Position numbers and translations under genes: made by a program
Shown here: in pieces, positions 45,344 through 55,471 of the stretch
Layout: every line of letters starts with the position of its first letter
Position numbering within the stretch: the first letter of the stretch is position 1
DNA from: an uncultured Alphaproteobacteria bacterium
Lineage (GTDB): Bacteria > Pseudomonadota > Alphaproteobacteria > RF32 > CAG-239
Reading direction: 5' to 3'
NCBI GenBank assembly: GCA_944391725.1
Contig: CALXUQ010000003.1
Location: forward strand, 1-55,471
DNA length: 55,471 nt
The notes under the pieces: generated by a model
The model's input: the letters and a program-made list of their open reading frames with translations, nothing else
What the model was told of the DNA's origin: nothing
Database searches by the model: none

Positions 45344-46758
45344 GCTTCCTCAAAGCTTTGGGGCTGATACCCTCCGCCGCTGGCTTTATAAAAAGCAATT
45401 ATCTCCTGATAAATTTGCCCATTGCTTGCCACCAATTGGTTTTGGGCGGCAAGCAGGTTTTGCTCCGCGGTCATAACATCGCTAAACTCAACCAGACCAC
45501 GCTCATATTTATCTAAGGTCAATTCGGTGGCTTTTTTCTGCGCCTTGGCGGCCGCATAAGCCGAACTGTTTTTCCGGTACTCCTCATTAACTGCGGTCAT
45601 GGCATTTTTTATCTCGGCAATAGCATTTAAGACACTGTTTTGGTACTGATAAAAATATTCTCGCGTGGTTTCTTTTTGCAGTTCGACCTGATTTTGCAGT
45701 GCCCCCCAATGGAAAACCGGTAAACTGATGGCCGGAGAGTAATTATACATATAGCTATCGGTATCGACCAAATCCGGCACTTTTAATGCCTGCCAGCCTA
45801 AAAATCCGCTCAAAGACAAATTGGGATACAAATTGGCAATGGCGGCACCTATCTGAGCATTTTGTGCATGGAGTTGGTGCTCGGCAATACGGACATCGGG
45901 GCGGTTTCGGACTACCGATACCGGCAGTTCATACAATCTGGAAAGTTTATACTCAAAGCGGCGGCGAACCAAATTATTGTCGTCTGCAGAGAGCTGATTT
46001 TCCAAACCACCGGGGAGTTTGCCAACCAAAATGGTTAAGGCATTTTTATAGGCTTCGGCTTGTTTTTTGAGCTCCGGAATGGCGGCTTTGGTGTTTTCGA
46101 CCATATATTGAGCTTGGTTAAGTGCCAAATTATCGGCCAGGCCATATTTGTTCTTGGTGGCAATTGTATTATAAATATCTTCTTGCAATTTAAGATTTTG
46201 CTCAGCGATGCGGATTTGGGCCTGTGCCGTGCGCAAGCTAATATAATCGGCGGCAACTTCGGCAGTCAGGCTTAAGTAGACATTATCCAAGTTGGCGGCC
46301 GCAGCCTCAAACATGGCTCGATAGCTCTCGGTTTGGCGGCGGGTTTGGCCCCAAATATCTACCTCCCAAGCGGCATCGAACCCCAGCTGGTAGTAGTCCG
46401 TATCTATCGTATAACCAATGTTTTTGCTTGGTTTATTATAATGATAACTACCATCGGCATCAATCATCGGCAGACTTCCGACCGCATTTATTTTTAGACT
46501 ACTGCGTGCCTGGCGCAATTTTTCAATGGCGATTTTGGCATTGGGACTATCTTTCAAGGCCTGCTCCACCAACTGATTTAAGGTGGGGTCGCGAAACTCC
46601 TTATACCATTCTTTACTGACCATCTGTCCGGAAACTTTCGTTAGTTCTAAGCTTTTCTGAATTTCTTGGTCAGAATATAGCTCCGGACGCTCAAAATCCG
46701 GACCGACCGAACAAGCCGCCACGCTTAATCCTAACAGCAGAATCGTGGTTTTACGCAT
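45289..46758 (-). CDS. RND efflux outer-membrane lipoprotein (NodT/OprM family)
   Basis: Lipobox [38 protein letters not shown]; start ATG 46758. Confidence 0.93.
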   Translation of the reverse strand: MRKTTILLLGLSVAACSVGPDFERPELYSDQEIQKSLELTKVSGQMVSKEWYKEFRDPTLNQLVEQALKDSPNAKIAIEKLRQARSSLKINAVGSLPMIDADGSYHYNKPSKNIGYTIDTDYYQLGFDAAWEVDIWGQTRRQTESYRAMFEAAAANLDNVYLSLTAEVAADYISLRTAQAQIRIAEQNLKLQEDIYNTIATKNKYGLADNLALNQAQYMVENTKAAIPELKKQAEAYKNALTILVGKLPGGLENQLSADDNNLVRRRFEYKLSRLYELPVSVVRNRPDVRIAEHQLHAQNAQIGAAIANLYPNLSLSGFLGWQALKVPDLVDTDSYMYNYSPAISLPVFHWGALQNQVELQKETTREYFYQYQNSVLNAIAEIKNAMTAVNEEYRKNSSAYAAAKAQKKATELTLDKYERGLVEFSDVMTAEQNLLAAQNQLVASNGQIYQEIIAFYKASGGGYQPQSFEEAYMSSWLKGLSCKTRCGR

Positions 46759-49700
46759 TTTCCTTACCTCCGGTTTGATGTTGTGCAGGCGGAGGGGGCG
46801 GCAGGTCTTCTTTATCACCACTCCACTCTTTGATACTCTCAAACAAAGCAAACAGCGCCGGAATAAAAATAATCCCGACAAAGGTGGCGGCTATCATGCC
46901 AAAAAACACCGATGTACCAATGGCAATTTGGCTGGAAGCACCGGCTCCGGTGGCTATCACCATCGGGAAAACGCCCAAGATAAAAGTTAAGGCAGTCATC
47001 AGCACAGCGCGAAAACGTTCGGAAGCGCCTTTCTCGGCGGCCTCGACTATGCTTTTGCCTTCTTCGCGATAAGCCTTGGTAAACTCCACAATCAAAATGG
47101 CATTTTTGGCGGCCAAGCCAATCAGCATAATCAGCCCCAGTTGGGCATAGATACTCAAAGACAAACTCATGATGTGCAGACCTATCAGTGCGCCTAAAAT
47201 GGCAAAAACAGTAGAAAACATTACCGAAAAGGCCAACATCCAACTCTCGTATAGGGCCACCAAAAACAGATAGCAAAAGACCAAAGCCAAGGCAATTAAG
47301 ATACCGGCGAGTCCTGCTGCCTCCACTTCTTGCAGGCTTAGTCCGGTCCAAGCAATTTTGTAATCTTGCCCCAAAAGCTGTTCACCCAAGCTCAAAATGT
47401 TATTAATTGCCGTACCGGTACTGACATCGGGCTTGGTTTGGGCAGTAATAGCGGCGGCAGTATACTGGTTGTAGCGGTAAATGGTTTTTGGGGAAACCTC
47501 GGTGCTGATATCGGCAAAGCTTTTGAGACGAATTAATTTTCCGCTATTGGAGCGCACGTACAAATCCTCCACATCTTGAATATTTTGACGATAGGGGAAA
47601 TCGGCCTGAATTATCACCTTATTGACCTGTCCGCTCAAGGTAATGTTATTGATGTATCGTGAACCCAAATTATTCTGCAAAGCCGAAAACAATGATGAAA
47701 CCGGTATTTGGTAAGACTGGAGTTTGGTCCGGTCAACATCCAAATATATATGCGGCGTATCGGCAGTAAAGGTAGAAAATGCATAAGACAATGAGGTACC
47801 GGTGTTCATCTTGATAAGCATTTCTTGGAGTTTTTCAAACAATTCGTTGGGGGTGATGTCGGCATTAATCGCCAAAAGCTCTAAGGACAGGCCATCGGCA
47901 TTACCAATTCCGGGGATGGCCGGCGGGGCAAAAAAGTTGACTTCGGCTTGCGGATTGTCGGCAAAGGTTGCGGTCAGCCTTTGGACAATGCTCTCAATAG
48001 AAAGCGATTTTTTAGTACGTTTGCTCCAAGGCTCCAGTCCGATTACGCCCAAGGCCACATTCTCGCCGCCACCGCCCAAAATGGAATAGCCGGCAACGGA
48101 AATATAATATTTGATACCCTCAGTTTGCAAAAGTTTTTCTCCAACTTCCTGCAAAACATCATTGGTTTGGTTAATGGTGGCAGTATTGGGGAGCTGGATA
48201 TTGGCAAAAATTATACCTTGGTCTTCTTCGGGGATAAAAGATGAGGCGGTATGTCTGAAAACCAATCCCACCACAGCAATTGTACCAAGCACAATCAGGG
48301 TGGTGAGTTTCAATCGGGAAGAAAACCAGCCAACGCTATGAGTATATTTTTCGCGGAAAAACTCAATAAAATCGTTAAACCAGCCAAAGAAACGGTTTTT
48401 GACCGAAGAATCGTCATTTTGGAGAAAAATGGCACAAAGTGCCGGACTTAAGGTCAGGGCATTAAAGGCGGAAAAGACCACAGCTGTAGCAATGGTCACG
48501 GCAAACTGCTGGTAGATTTTGCCGGTGATGCCGGCCATGAGCCCAACCGGAATGAAAATGGAGAGCAACACAAAGGTGGTGGCAATAATTGCACTGGCAA
48601 TTTGCTGCATGGCCTTAATTGAGGCGGCTTTGGCATCTAATTTTTCATAAAACATCAGGTACTGGACGCGCTCCACCACGATAATGGCATCGTCTACCAC
48701 CAGGCCAATGGCCAAAATCATGGCAAACAAAGTCAGAATGTTGATGTTAAAGCCCAGCAAATATATCACCGCAAAAGTGGCAACGAGCGAAACCGGAATG
48801 GTGATAAGCGGGATAAGCGTGGTTTTCCAGCGTTGCAGAAAGATAAAGGTGACGGCCACAACCAGCGAAAAAGTAATGACCAGCGTTTCTAAGATACTTT
48901 TAATCGAGGCACGGACAAAGTCGGTCGAATCGTAGGCGACTTCTAATTTGATATCTTCCGGGAAAGTGGCCTGCAGTTTTTCTATCTCCTGATAGACCTC
49001 GTTCATGATATCTAAAGAGTTGGAGTTTGGAGTTTGGCTCAAAGCCATGACCACTGCCGGTGTGTTATCAAAATCGGCATTCATTTGGTAGCTATCTGCG
49101 CCCAGCTCTATTCTTGCCACATCTTTGAGCCGGATAATGCCGCCGTCTTCTGAGGTGGCGACCACAATGTTCTCAAAGTCTTTGACATCGTTTAGCAAGC
49201 CCTTGGCGGTGAGGCTCAAGACGACCGGTGTATCTTTAGCGCTCGGAGCCGCACCGATGCGTCCGATGGAGGCTTGGGTGTTTTGGTCCTCTATAGCTTG
49301 CACAATATCTGAACTATCTAACCCCAATGATGAAATTCGGGCCGGATTGAGCCAAATACGCATACTATACTGCGGGCCATAGATGGAAACATCGCCCATA
49401 CCGGAAATACGTGCAATGGAGTTTTTGACATTATCATAGGCAAAATTGCTCAAGTACAAATCATTATAAGTATGGTTAGGTGAACGCAAAACCAACATAC
49501 CCAGCATATTGGCCGACTGAGTTTTAACCTCCAATCCCTCTTGAGTGACAATGGCAGGCAACTGCGACATCACCTGTTGGAGCCGGTTTTCGACTTTGAC
49601 TTGCGCAATGTCGGGGTTGGTGCCAATGTTAAAAGTAATGGTCAGATTATAAGAGCCATTGTCATCGGAAGTGGAAGACATATAAAGCATATCTTCCACG

Positions 49701-49915
49701 CCGTTAATTTCGTTTTCAATCGGGACGGCAACCGTATCTACCAAAACTTGAGCATTGGCTCCGGGATAATTGGTGCTGACCACAATTTGCGGCGGGGTGA
49801 TTTCGGGATATTGCGAGACCGGCAAAACCACAATGGCCATGAGCCCAAGCAGGACCATGACAATGGCGATTACTCCGGCAAAGCGCGGTTTATCAATAAA
49901 ATATTCTGAAAACAT
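46751..49915 (-). CDS. RND efflux inner-membrane transporter (AcrB/HAE1 family)
   Basis: [24 protein letters not shown] proton-relay [20 protein letters not shown]. Confidence 0.97.
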   Translation of the reverse strand: MFSEYFIDKPRFAGVIAIVMVLLGLMAIVVLPVSQYPEITPPQIVVSTNYPGANAQVLVDTVAVPIENEINGVEDMLYMSSTSDDNGSYNLTITFNIGTNPDIAQVKVENRLQQVMSQLPAIVTQEGLEVKTQSANMLGMLVLRSPNHTYNDLYLSNFAYDNVKNSIARISGMGDVSIYGPQYSMRIWLNPARISSLGLDSSDIVQAIEDQNTQASIGRIGAAPSAKDTPVVLSLTAKGLLNDVKDFENIVVATSEDGGIIRLKDVARIELGADSYQMNADFDNTPAVVMALSQTPNSNSLDIMNEVYQEIEKLQATFPEDIKLEVAYDSTDFVRASIKSILETLVITFSLVVAVTFIFLQRWKTTLIPLITIPVSLVATFAVIYLLGFNINILTLFAMILAIGLVVDDAIIVVERVQYLMFYEKLDAKAASIKAMQQIASAIIATTFVLLSIFIPVGLMAGITGKIYQQFAVTIATAVVFSAFNALTLSPALCAIFLQNDDSSVKNRFFGWFNDFIEFFREKYTHSVGWFSSRLKLTTLIVLGTIAVVGLVFRHTASSFIPEEDQGIIFANIQLPNTATINQTNDVLQEVGEKLLQTEGIKYYISVAGYSILGGGGENVALGVIGLEPWSKRTKKSLSIESIVQRLTATFADNPQAEVNFFAPPAIPGIGNADGLSLELLAINADITPNELFEKLQEMLIKMNTGTSLSYAFSTFTADTPHIYLDVDRTKLQSYQIPVSSLFSALQNNLGSRYINNITLSGQVNKVIIQADFPYRQNIQDVEDLYVRSNSGKLIRLKSFADISTEVSPKTIYRYNQYTAAAITAQTKPDVSTGTAINNILSLGEQLLGQDYKIAWTGLSLQEVEAAGLAGILIALALVFCYLFLVALYESWMLAFSVMFSTVFAILGALIGLHIMSLSLSIYAQLGLIMLIGLAAKNAILIVEFTKAYREEGKSIVEAAEKGASERFRAVLMTALTFILGVFPMVIATGAGASSQIAIGTSVFFGMIAATFVGIIFIPALFALFESIKEWSGDKEDLPPPPPAQHQTGGKENA

Positions 49916-51081
49916 CAGCGTTTGCCCTCCCCGCTGTTACGGTCAAGAATGTTAAGCTTGAACTTTTGGTCGGGGCTTAGGCGACTGCTCAATTTATCAA
50001 TCACCAAATATTCATCCGGGGCAAAAGTATTTTTGATTACATAGTCATCGCCTTTAATGCCGATTATCTCGATTAGGCGGCGTTCGATTTGGTTAGCTTT
50101 GGCAACATACACGTAATTGCCGCTGTCTTCCATAATCACCTGATTTTGGCGTACCAAAACGGCATTTTTAACCGTTTTTTCCAGCAAAACATCAACATAG
50201 GCATTGGCAACCAAAGTGTGGTGAGGGTTTTTGAAGTCGGCATAGACGGCAATGGAATTGGTGGAGCGGTCAATTTGGTTATCTAAAAACTGAAACTCGC
50301 CGCTTTGATTATAAATTTGCCCATTGCTGAGGCGGATTTTGATGTTTTCGCCGGCAAACAAATCCCCATTTGAGCGCGCAAGCTCGTTTAAGTAATCTTT
50401 ATCGGAAATGGAAAACACCACACGAATCGGGTCAAACTGAATGATTTTGAGCAAACTGCCACTGCTTGGAGAGACATAGTCGCCGCGAGTGAGGTTGACG
50501 TTGCCGACCGTGCCGCTGATGGGCGCAGAAATCAAAGTATAATCCAAATTAACTTGAGCCAAGTTACGATTGGCTTGAGCTTGGGCCAGTGCGGCTTTGG
50601 CATTGAGGTACGAGGCTTTGGCATTATCAAGCTCGGTTTTAGAAATAACTTCAGTTCCGGCCTGTTTCATTCGCTCATAATAAACCGAGGCATTGTTTAA
50701 GGTGGCTTTAGCTTCCATAACCGCGGCTTTGGCGGCATCAAGACTGGCTTGATATTCATCGGGGCGGATTAAAATAAGTTTATCGCCACTATCGACGTAT
50801 TGGCCTCCCGAAACATAGATTTTTTCAAGGAAACCGCTGATATAGGGCACAATATCAACCTCGTGAATGGGCATGACATAGCCAATGTAAGACTGAGTAA
50901 TCTCCACATCTTGAGGAAGAAGCGCCACCACATTTAGGCTCAGCTCACGAGGGGTGGCTTCGGGTGCCGTTTTTTTACCCATTAAGGGGAAAAAATGCCA
51001 AGCCAAGGCAAAAGCGCCTAAAATCAATATCAAAAGCAGATAAGAAAATGTTTTATGTTCTTTTTTTTGCGCAGATTTCAT
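49915..51081 (-). CDS. RND efflux membrane fusion protein (AcrA-like, TM-anchored)
   Basis: [44 protein letters not shown]. Confidence 0.93.
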   Translation of the reverse strand: MKSAQKKEHKTFSYLLLILILGAFALAWHFFPLMGKKTAPEATPRELSLNVVALLPQDVEITQSYIGYVMPIHEVDIVPYISGFLEKIYVSGGQYVDSGDKLILIRPDEYQASLDAAKAAVMEAKATLNNASVYYERMKQAGTEVISKTELDNAKASYLNAKAALAQAQANRNLAQVNLDYTLISAPISGTVGNVNLTRGDYVSPSSGSLLKIIQFDPIRVVFSISDKDYLNELARSNGDLFAGENIKIRLSNGQIYNQSGEFQFLDNQIDRSTNSIAVYADFKNPHHTLVANAYVDVLLEKTVKNAVLVRQNQVIMEDSGNYVYVAKANQIERRLIEIIGIKGDDYVIKNTFAPDEYLVIDKLSSRLSPDQKFKLNILDRNSGEGKR

Positions 51082-51187
51082 ATTGCCACAACCTTAGTTA
51101 TATTGCCATTTGCACAATAGATAATGGCTCTAAGGCTTAATTCAAGCTTTAGGGATATAACAAAATCAGCATCAAATTTAAGAATAT

Positions 51188-51934
51188 TTATTCGAGAAAA
51201 AATTCTATCGAATTTAGTATTTCGGCGATATCTCCGTCTTCTTGCATTCGGTGGCTTGAACCCTTACGCAACTTGAGCACCACATTGTCGTGGCTGATTT
51301 GTTTTACAATCTCGAGCGAATATTTCCACGGATAGGCCGCATCTTTAATCCCTTGAATCAGTTGCACCGGGCAACTCAGCTTGATTTCCTTATCTAACAA
51401 ACGGTTTTCGCGGCCGCTATCAAGCAATCCCTTCGTAAACAAATAGTCATAATCATCGGTATGAAAAAAGATTTGCCCTTTTTCTTGCAACTCTTGTTTT
51501 TGGGCGGAGCTCATATATTCTTCTTCCAGCCCGATAGTAAAATCGGGAGCGGCCGAAATGCCCACAATTCCCACGACCCGCCGTGGTCTTAAAATTCCGC
51601 CCAACAGTGCCAGCCAGCCGCCAACCGACATTCCAACCAAAAGAACCGGCTCGCTTATTATATCATCTATCATTTCAAGCATTTGGCTTTTCCAGACATT
51701 AATGTCAGATTTGGCATAATTTTCAATATCCGAGCCATGTCCGGCTAATTCAAACCGCGCAAAGCCCAAGCCTTTTTCCAGACAATAGCTCTTAATACTT
51801 TCAGGTTTTCTCCCCCAAGGGTTGGAGCACAAGCCGTGCAGGTACAAAACCGTAAAATTGTTAGTTTTTGCGGAATTTGCTTTGATGTATTCAAAATTTG
51901 TGGTAAATCTGCTCTTAAATGTGTGGGCGGGCAT
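51188..51934 (-). CDS. Alpha/beta hydrolase
   Basis: YLHGL, RFELAGHGSD, nucleophile elbow GMSVGG, QGIKD, SHRM. Confidence 0.88.
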   Translation of the reverse strand: MPAHTFKSRFTTNFEYIKANSAKTNNFTVLYLHGLCSNPWGRKPESIKSYCLEKGLGFARFELAGHGSDIENYAKSDINVWKSQMLEMIDDIISEPVLLVGMSVGGWLALLGGILRPRRVVGIVGISAAPDFTIGLEEEYMSSAQKQELQEKGQIFFHTDDYDYLFTKGLLDSGRENRLLDKEIKLSCPVQLIQGIKDAAYPWKYSLEIVKQISHDNVVLKLRKGSSHRMQEDGDIAEILNSIEFFLE

Positions 51935-51982
51935 ATCAAAAATCCGTATTGTTAAGGTTAATAGTGAGGATAATATAAGAAA

Positions 51983-53134
51983 ATGGCTAAGTTACAAGCA
52001 AAATCTCCGGTGGTGTTACAAGTCTTGCCGGAGCTTGATACCGGCGGGGTGGAACGCGGAACTATCGAAATTGCGGCCGAACTCCAAAAGCGCGGTATCA
52101 AAAATTTTGTGGCTTCGCAAGGCGGACGTTTGGTACATGAACTTGACAAGCTCAAAATCCCTCACCTCACCTTGCCGCTCAAAACCAAAAATATTTTCAA
52201 AATGCGCAAAAACGCCAAACTCTTGGAAGATTTTATTCGCAAAAACAATATCAATATTGTTCATGCGCGTTCCAGAGCTCCGGCTTGGAGTGCTTATTGG
52301 GCGGCAAAAAAAGCTAATGTACATTTTATGACCACTTTCCACGGGACTTATGGACTCGGACCTTGGGGTATCAAAAAATTCTACAACAAAGTCATGACCT
52401 TTGGCGAGCGTGTGATTGCGATTTCTAACCACATCAAAAACCATATTCTCAAAAACTACAAAGTTGACGAAAGCAAAATCCGCCTAATTCATCGCTGTGC
52501 CGATGTGGAGATTTTTTCACCCAAGGCCGTGACCCAAGCGCGGATGATTGGCAAACTCCGCGAATATAAAATCCGCGAGGACAAGCCGGTTATTTTGCTT
52601 CCCGGTCGGGTTACCCGTTGGAAAGGTCAGCATATTCTCATTGAGGCCTTGCACCTGATGAAAAACAAAAACTACTACTGCATTATTGCCGGAGACAGCC
52701 AAGGACGTCAAAAATATGTAGATTACCTCGAAAAGCTGGTGCGCAAATATAAACTGCAAGGCAAAGTCGGTTTCTTTGGGCGCTACAGCGATGCACCGGC
52801 CTTGATGATGGTGTCTAATGTCATTTTATCGACCGCGATTGAGCCGGAGGCTTTTGGTCGGATTTCGATTGAGGGGCAGGCCATGGGCAAAATCGTGGTG
52901 GCTTCCAATATCGGAGGTTCAACCGAAACCATTATTGACGGAGTGACCGGAAAGCTTTATCAATATGACAATCCGCAAGAACTGGCCAATGCTTTAGACT
53001 GGGCTTTGGGCCTTTCCGAAGAAGAAGTTAGCAAAATCTCGAAAGCGGCAATAAAAAATGTAAAAGAAAACTTCACAAAACAAATAATGTGTGATAAGAC
53101 TATTGAGGTTTATGAAGAGCTTGCAAACTCTTGA
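51983..53134 (+). CDS. Glycosyltransferase family 4
   Basis: GGVERGT, HARSRAPAW, PGRVTRWKGQ, EAFGRISIEGQAMG (EX7E). Confidence 0.93.
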   Translation: MAKLQAKSPVVLQVLPELDTGGVERGTIEIAAELQKRGIKNFVASQGGRLVHELDKLKIPHLTLPLKTKNIFKMRKNAKLLEDFIRKNNINIVHARSRAPAWSAYWAAKKANVHFMTTFHGTYGLGPWGIKKFYNKVMTFGERVIAISNHIKNHILKNYKVDESKIRLIHRCADVEIFSPKAVTQARMIGKLREYKIREDKPVILLPGRVTRWKGQHILIEALHLMKNKNYYCIIAGDSQGRQKYVDYLEKLVRKYKLQGKVGFFGRYSDAPALMMVSNVILSTAIEPEAFGRISIEGQAMGKIVVASNIGGSTETIIDGVTGKLYQYDNPQELANALDWALGLSEEEVSKISKAAIKNVKENFTKQIMCDKTIEVYEELANS

Positions 53135-53246
53135 GTAGACCAAAAGTTTCTGCCGAAAAGCTGTTGCGGCGGAAAGCGGCATTTGTGTTTGTCGCAAATT
53201 AACAGTAAAAACAGCATGTTAGATAAATTTAATAAGGAAATTTAAA

Positions 53247-55178
53247 ATGGTTGCGATTAAATTACCCGATGGGTCAATTATGAATATGGAGAGCGGCGTC
53301 AGCGGTTTTGACGTGGCTGAAAAAATTAGTGCAAACTTGGCAAAAGCGGCTTTGGCTATCACCGTGAACGGCAAGACACAAGATTTGAGCACTCCCATCA
53401 CTACCGACGCAACCGTAACTATCATTACCGGTAAAGATAAGGAAGGCCTCCAAATCATTCGTCACAGCTGTTCTCACGTGATGGCTCAAGCAGTCAAAGA
53501 ACTGTGGCCAGATGTTCAAGTTACAATCGGGCCGGCTATCGAAAATGGCTTCTACTATGACTTTGCCCGCAAAGAGCCTTTTACGACTGATGATTTTGCT
53601 AAAATCGAAGCTAAAATGCACGAGATTGTCAAACGCGATGAAAAGCTGGAACGTATCGTGATGCCGAGAAACGAGGCAATTGCTTATTTCAAAAATTTGG
53701 GCGAACACTACAAAGCCGAAATTATTGAAGATTTGCCTGAAGATGAAGTAATTTCGCTTTATCGTCAAGGCAACTTTACCGATCTTTGCCGCGGTCCGCA
53801 CGTGCCTTCGACCGGAAAAATCGGCGATGCTTTCAAACTGATGAAAGTGGCCGGGGCTTACTGGCGCGGCGACTCGACTAAAGAAATGTTGCAGCGTATT
53901 TATGCTACCGCTTGGGCCAGCAAAAAAGATTTGGATGAATATCTCAAAATGCTTGAAGAAGCCGAAAAACGCGACCACCGCAAACTCGGTAAGGAAATGG
54001 ATTTGTTCCACTTTGAACCAGAATATGCTCCGGGCGCGGTTTTCTGGCATGACAAAGGATACAAAATCTACCGCAAGCTGATTGAGTATATGCGCAAACG
54101 TCAGGAGAATAACGGCTATATTGAAGTGGCGACCCCGCGGATTATGGACCGTTGCTTGTGGGAAACCTCCGGTCACTGGGATAAATATGGTGCTCATAAC
54201 TATTCGGGCAAAACCGAAGATAACAAAGTTTTCTGTGTGAAACCGATGAACTGCCCCGGCGGATTGCTTATTTACAAACAAGGGGTGAAGTCTTATCGAG
54301 ATTTGCCGCTCAGAATGGCCGAATTTGGTATGGTGAACCGCTATGAAGCCTCGGGCTCGCTGATGGGGCTGATGCGGGTGCGCGAATTTACTCAAGACGA
54401 TGCCCACATCTTCTGCACGCCTGACCAAATGGAAGAAGAATGCGTATCTACCATCAAGCTTATCTTGGATATTTACAAAGACTTTGGCTTTGATGATGTC
54501 AAAATCTATCTCTCAACCCGTCCGGACAGCATTTATCGTATTGGCTCGGATGAGATTTGGGATATGTCCGAAAAAGCTTTGGCCAATGCCTTGGAGCACA
54601 ATGGCTATAAGTATGAAATCAACCCCGGTGAAGGCGCATTCTATGGTCCGAAGCTAGAATTTATCCTCAAAGACGCTATCGGGCGGGAATGGCAGTGCGG
54701 TACGGTTCAGATGGATATGAACTTGCCGCAACGCTTTGATATCTCCTACATTGGAGAAGATGGTGAAAAACACCAGCCGGTGATGTTGCACCGTGCTTTG
54801 TTTGGTTCAATTGAGCGTTTCTTGGGTATTTTGATTGAAAATCATGCCGGAAAATTGCCGCTCTGGCTCTCTCCGGAACAAGTTGTGGTTTGCCCGGTGA
54901 CCAATGATTTTGATGATTATGCTCAAAGCGTGGCCAAAGCACTCAAAGCCGCCGGACTGTATGTCAGCACCGATTTGCGTAGTGAAAAAATCACTTACAA
55001 AATCCGCGAACACTCGGTAGCTAAAGTTCCGGTCATTGCCGTGGTTGGAGCCAAAGAAAAAGAAAACGGCACCGTGACCATTCGCCGTATTGGTTCGGAC
55101 AAACAAGAAGTTTTGAAGCTAGAGGACCTGGTGAAAACATTGCAAGAAGAAGCTAAAATGCCTTCTCAGGATCGCTAA
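53247..55178 (+). CDS. thrS: Threonine--tRNA ligase
   Basis: TGS domain, HSCSH and DLCRGPH editing motifs, KPMNCPG, MRVREFTQDDAH, HRALFGSIERF. Confidence 0.99.
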   Translation: MVAIKLPDGSIMNMESGVSGFDVAEKISANLAKAALAITVNGKTQDLSTPITTDATVTIITGKDKEGLQIIRHSCSHVMAQAVKELWPDVQVTIGPAIENGFYYDFARKEPFTTDDFAKIEAKMHEIVKRDEKLERIVMPRNEAIAYFKNLGEHYKAEIIEDLPEDEVISLYRQGNFTDLCRGPHVPSTGKIGDAFKLMKVAGAYWRGDSTKEMLQRIYATAWASKKDLDEYLKMLEEAEKRDHRKLGKEMDLFHFEPEYAPGAVFWHDKGYKIYRKLIEYMRKRQENNGYIEVATPRIMDRCLWETSGHWDKYGAHNYSGKTEDNKVFCVKPMNCPGGLLIYKQGVKSYRDLPLRMAEFGMVNRYEASGSLMGLMRVREFTQDDAHIFCTPDQMEEECVSTIKLILDIYKDFGFDDVKIYLSTRPDSIYRIGSDEIWDMSEKALANALEHNGYKYEINPGEGAFYGPKLEFILKDAIGREWQCGTVQMDMNLPQRFDISYIGEDGEKHQPVMLHRALFGSIERFLGILIENHAGKLPLWLSPEQVVVCPVTNDFDDYAQSVAKALKAAGLYVSTDLRSEKITYKIREHSVAKVPVIAVVGAKEKENGTVTIRRIGSDKQEVLKLEDLVKTLQEEAKMPSQDR

Positions 55179-55203
55179 CTTCTTAATATTACTGAATTGT
55201 TAT

Positions 55204-55234
55204 AGCCCTTTCCCTTGCCGGAAGGGCTTTTTTT
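55204..55234 (+). terminator. Intrinsic terminator after thrS
   Basis: AGCCCTT/AAGGGCT stem followed by T7. Confidence 0.75.
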
Positions 55235-55395
55235 ATAGCTAAAAATTTGTATCAATTTATCACAACGAATCCGACTCGCGAAAAATGCTGTTTTTGGTGA
55301 ACTTCATTGGCTAATCTGATGAATCTTAACCATTTATTTATGAATTTGCTATATGCTTGAAATAGCGATAAAAGATTTCGAAAGGCAGAAAAAAC

Positions 55396-55424
55396 TTGCG
55401 AAGCAGGTAAATTTGTGCTATGAT
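55396..55424 (+). promoter_or_regulatory. Putative sigma70 promoter for a gene beyond the window
   Basis: TTGCGA-17 nt-TATGAT with extended -10 TGn. Confidence 0.5.
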
Positions 55425-55471
55425 AAATCTTGTATTGTTAGTAGAACAATCACATGTTTTAACGTGAAACA

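Noticed and set aside
51061-51068. A8 tract at the 5' end of the efflux MFP gene, and A-runs in mscS and the flgE SD spacer, as phase-variation sites
   Set aside because: Runs of 7-8 A are common in this sequence and the frames are intact; there is no evidence of switching.
53274-54428. 384-aa antisense ORF
   Set aside because: It lies wholly opposite the conserved thrS and has no recognisable motifs; a shadow ORF.

Overview
The window looks like the chromosome of a flagellated alphaproteobacterium. FlbD, FlaF, an FzlA homologue and rnpB divergent from mraZ point to a Rhodospirillales-like lineage, probably host- or gut-associated; this taxonomy is inferred. Positions 1-11.5 kb are accessory: a minimal IS200/IS605 tnpA element, a MerR-type-promoter redox operon (cupin, CMD, flavodoxin, lipoprotein), an AIDA-like autotransporter with an internal 321-bp duplication, an alpha/beta hydrolase frameshifted at an A10 tract, an 883-aa unknown protein with a C-terminal GNAT domain, and a YbhB/YbcL gene. 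Positions 11.7-21.4 kb hold envelope and osmotic stress genes (MscS, ygiW-qseBC-like, hdeD, opgG-orf-opgH). Next come rnpB, a short dcw cluster (mraZ-rsmH-ftsL-ftsI), and a large minus-strand flagellar region (flaF; sigma54-driven fliK-flgD-flgE; fliF-G-H-N-flbD-flhA-flhF-flhG followed by a second FliK-like protein and a J-domain/TM/SH3 protein). The window ends with an orphan solute-binding protein, fzlA, an RND tripartite pump, a hydrolase, a GT4 and thrS. The strongest leads are the two extra genes at the end of the flagellar operon, the absence of motA from its usual slot, the enlarged hook protein, the 883-aa GNAT protein, genes with two SD-equipped starts either side of a signal peptide, and an apparently split OpgH. 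All assignments come from motif reading by eye; no searches were run.
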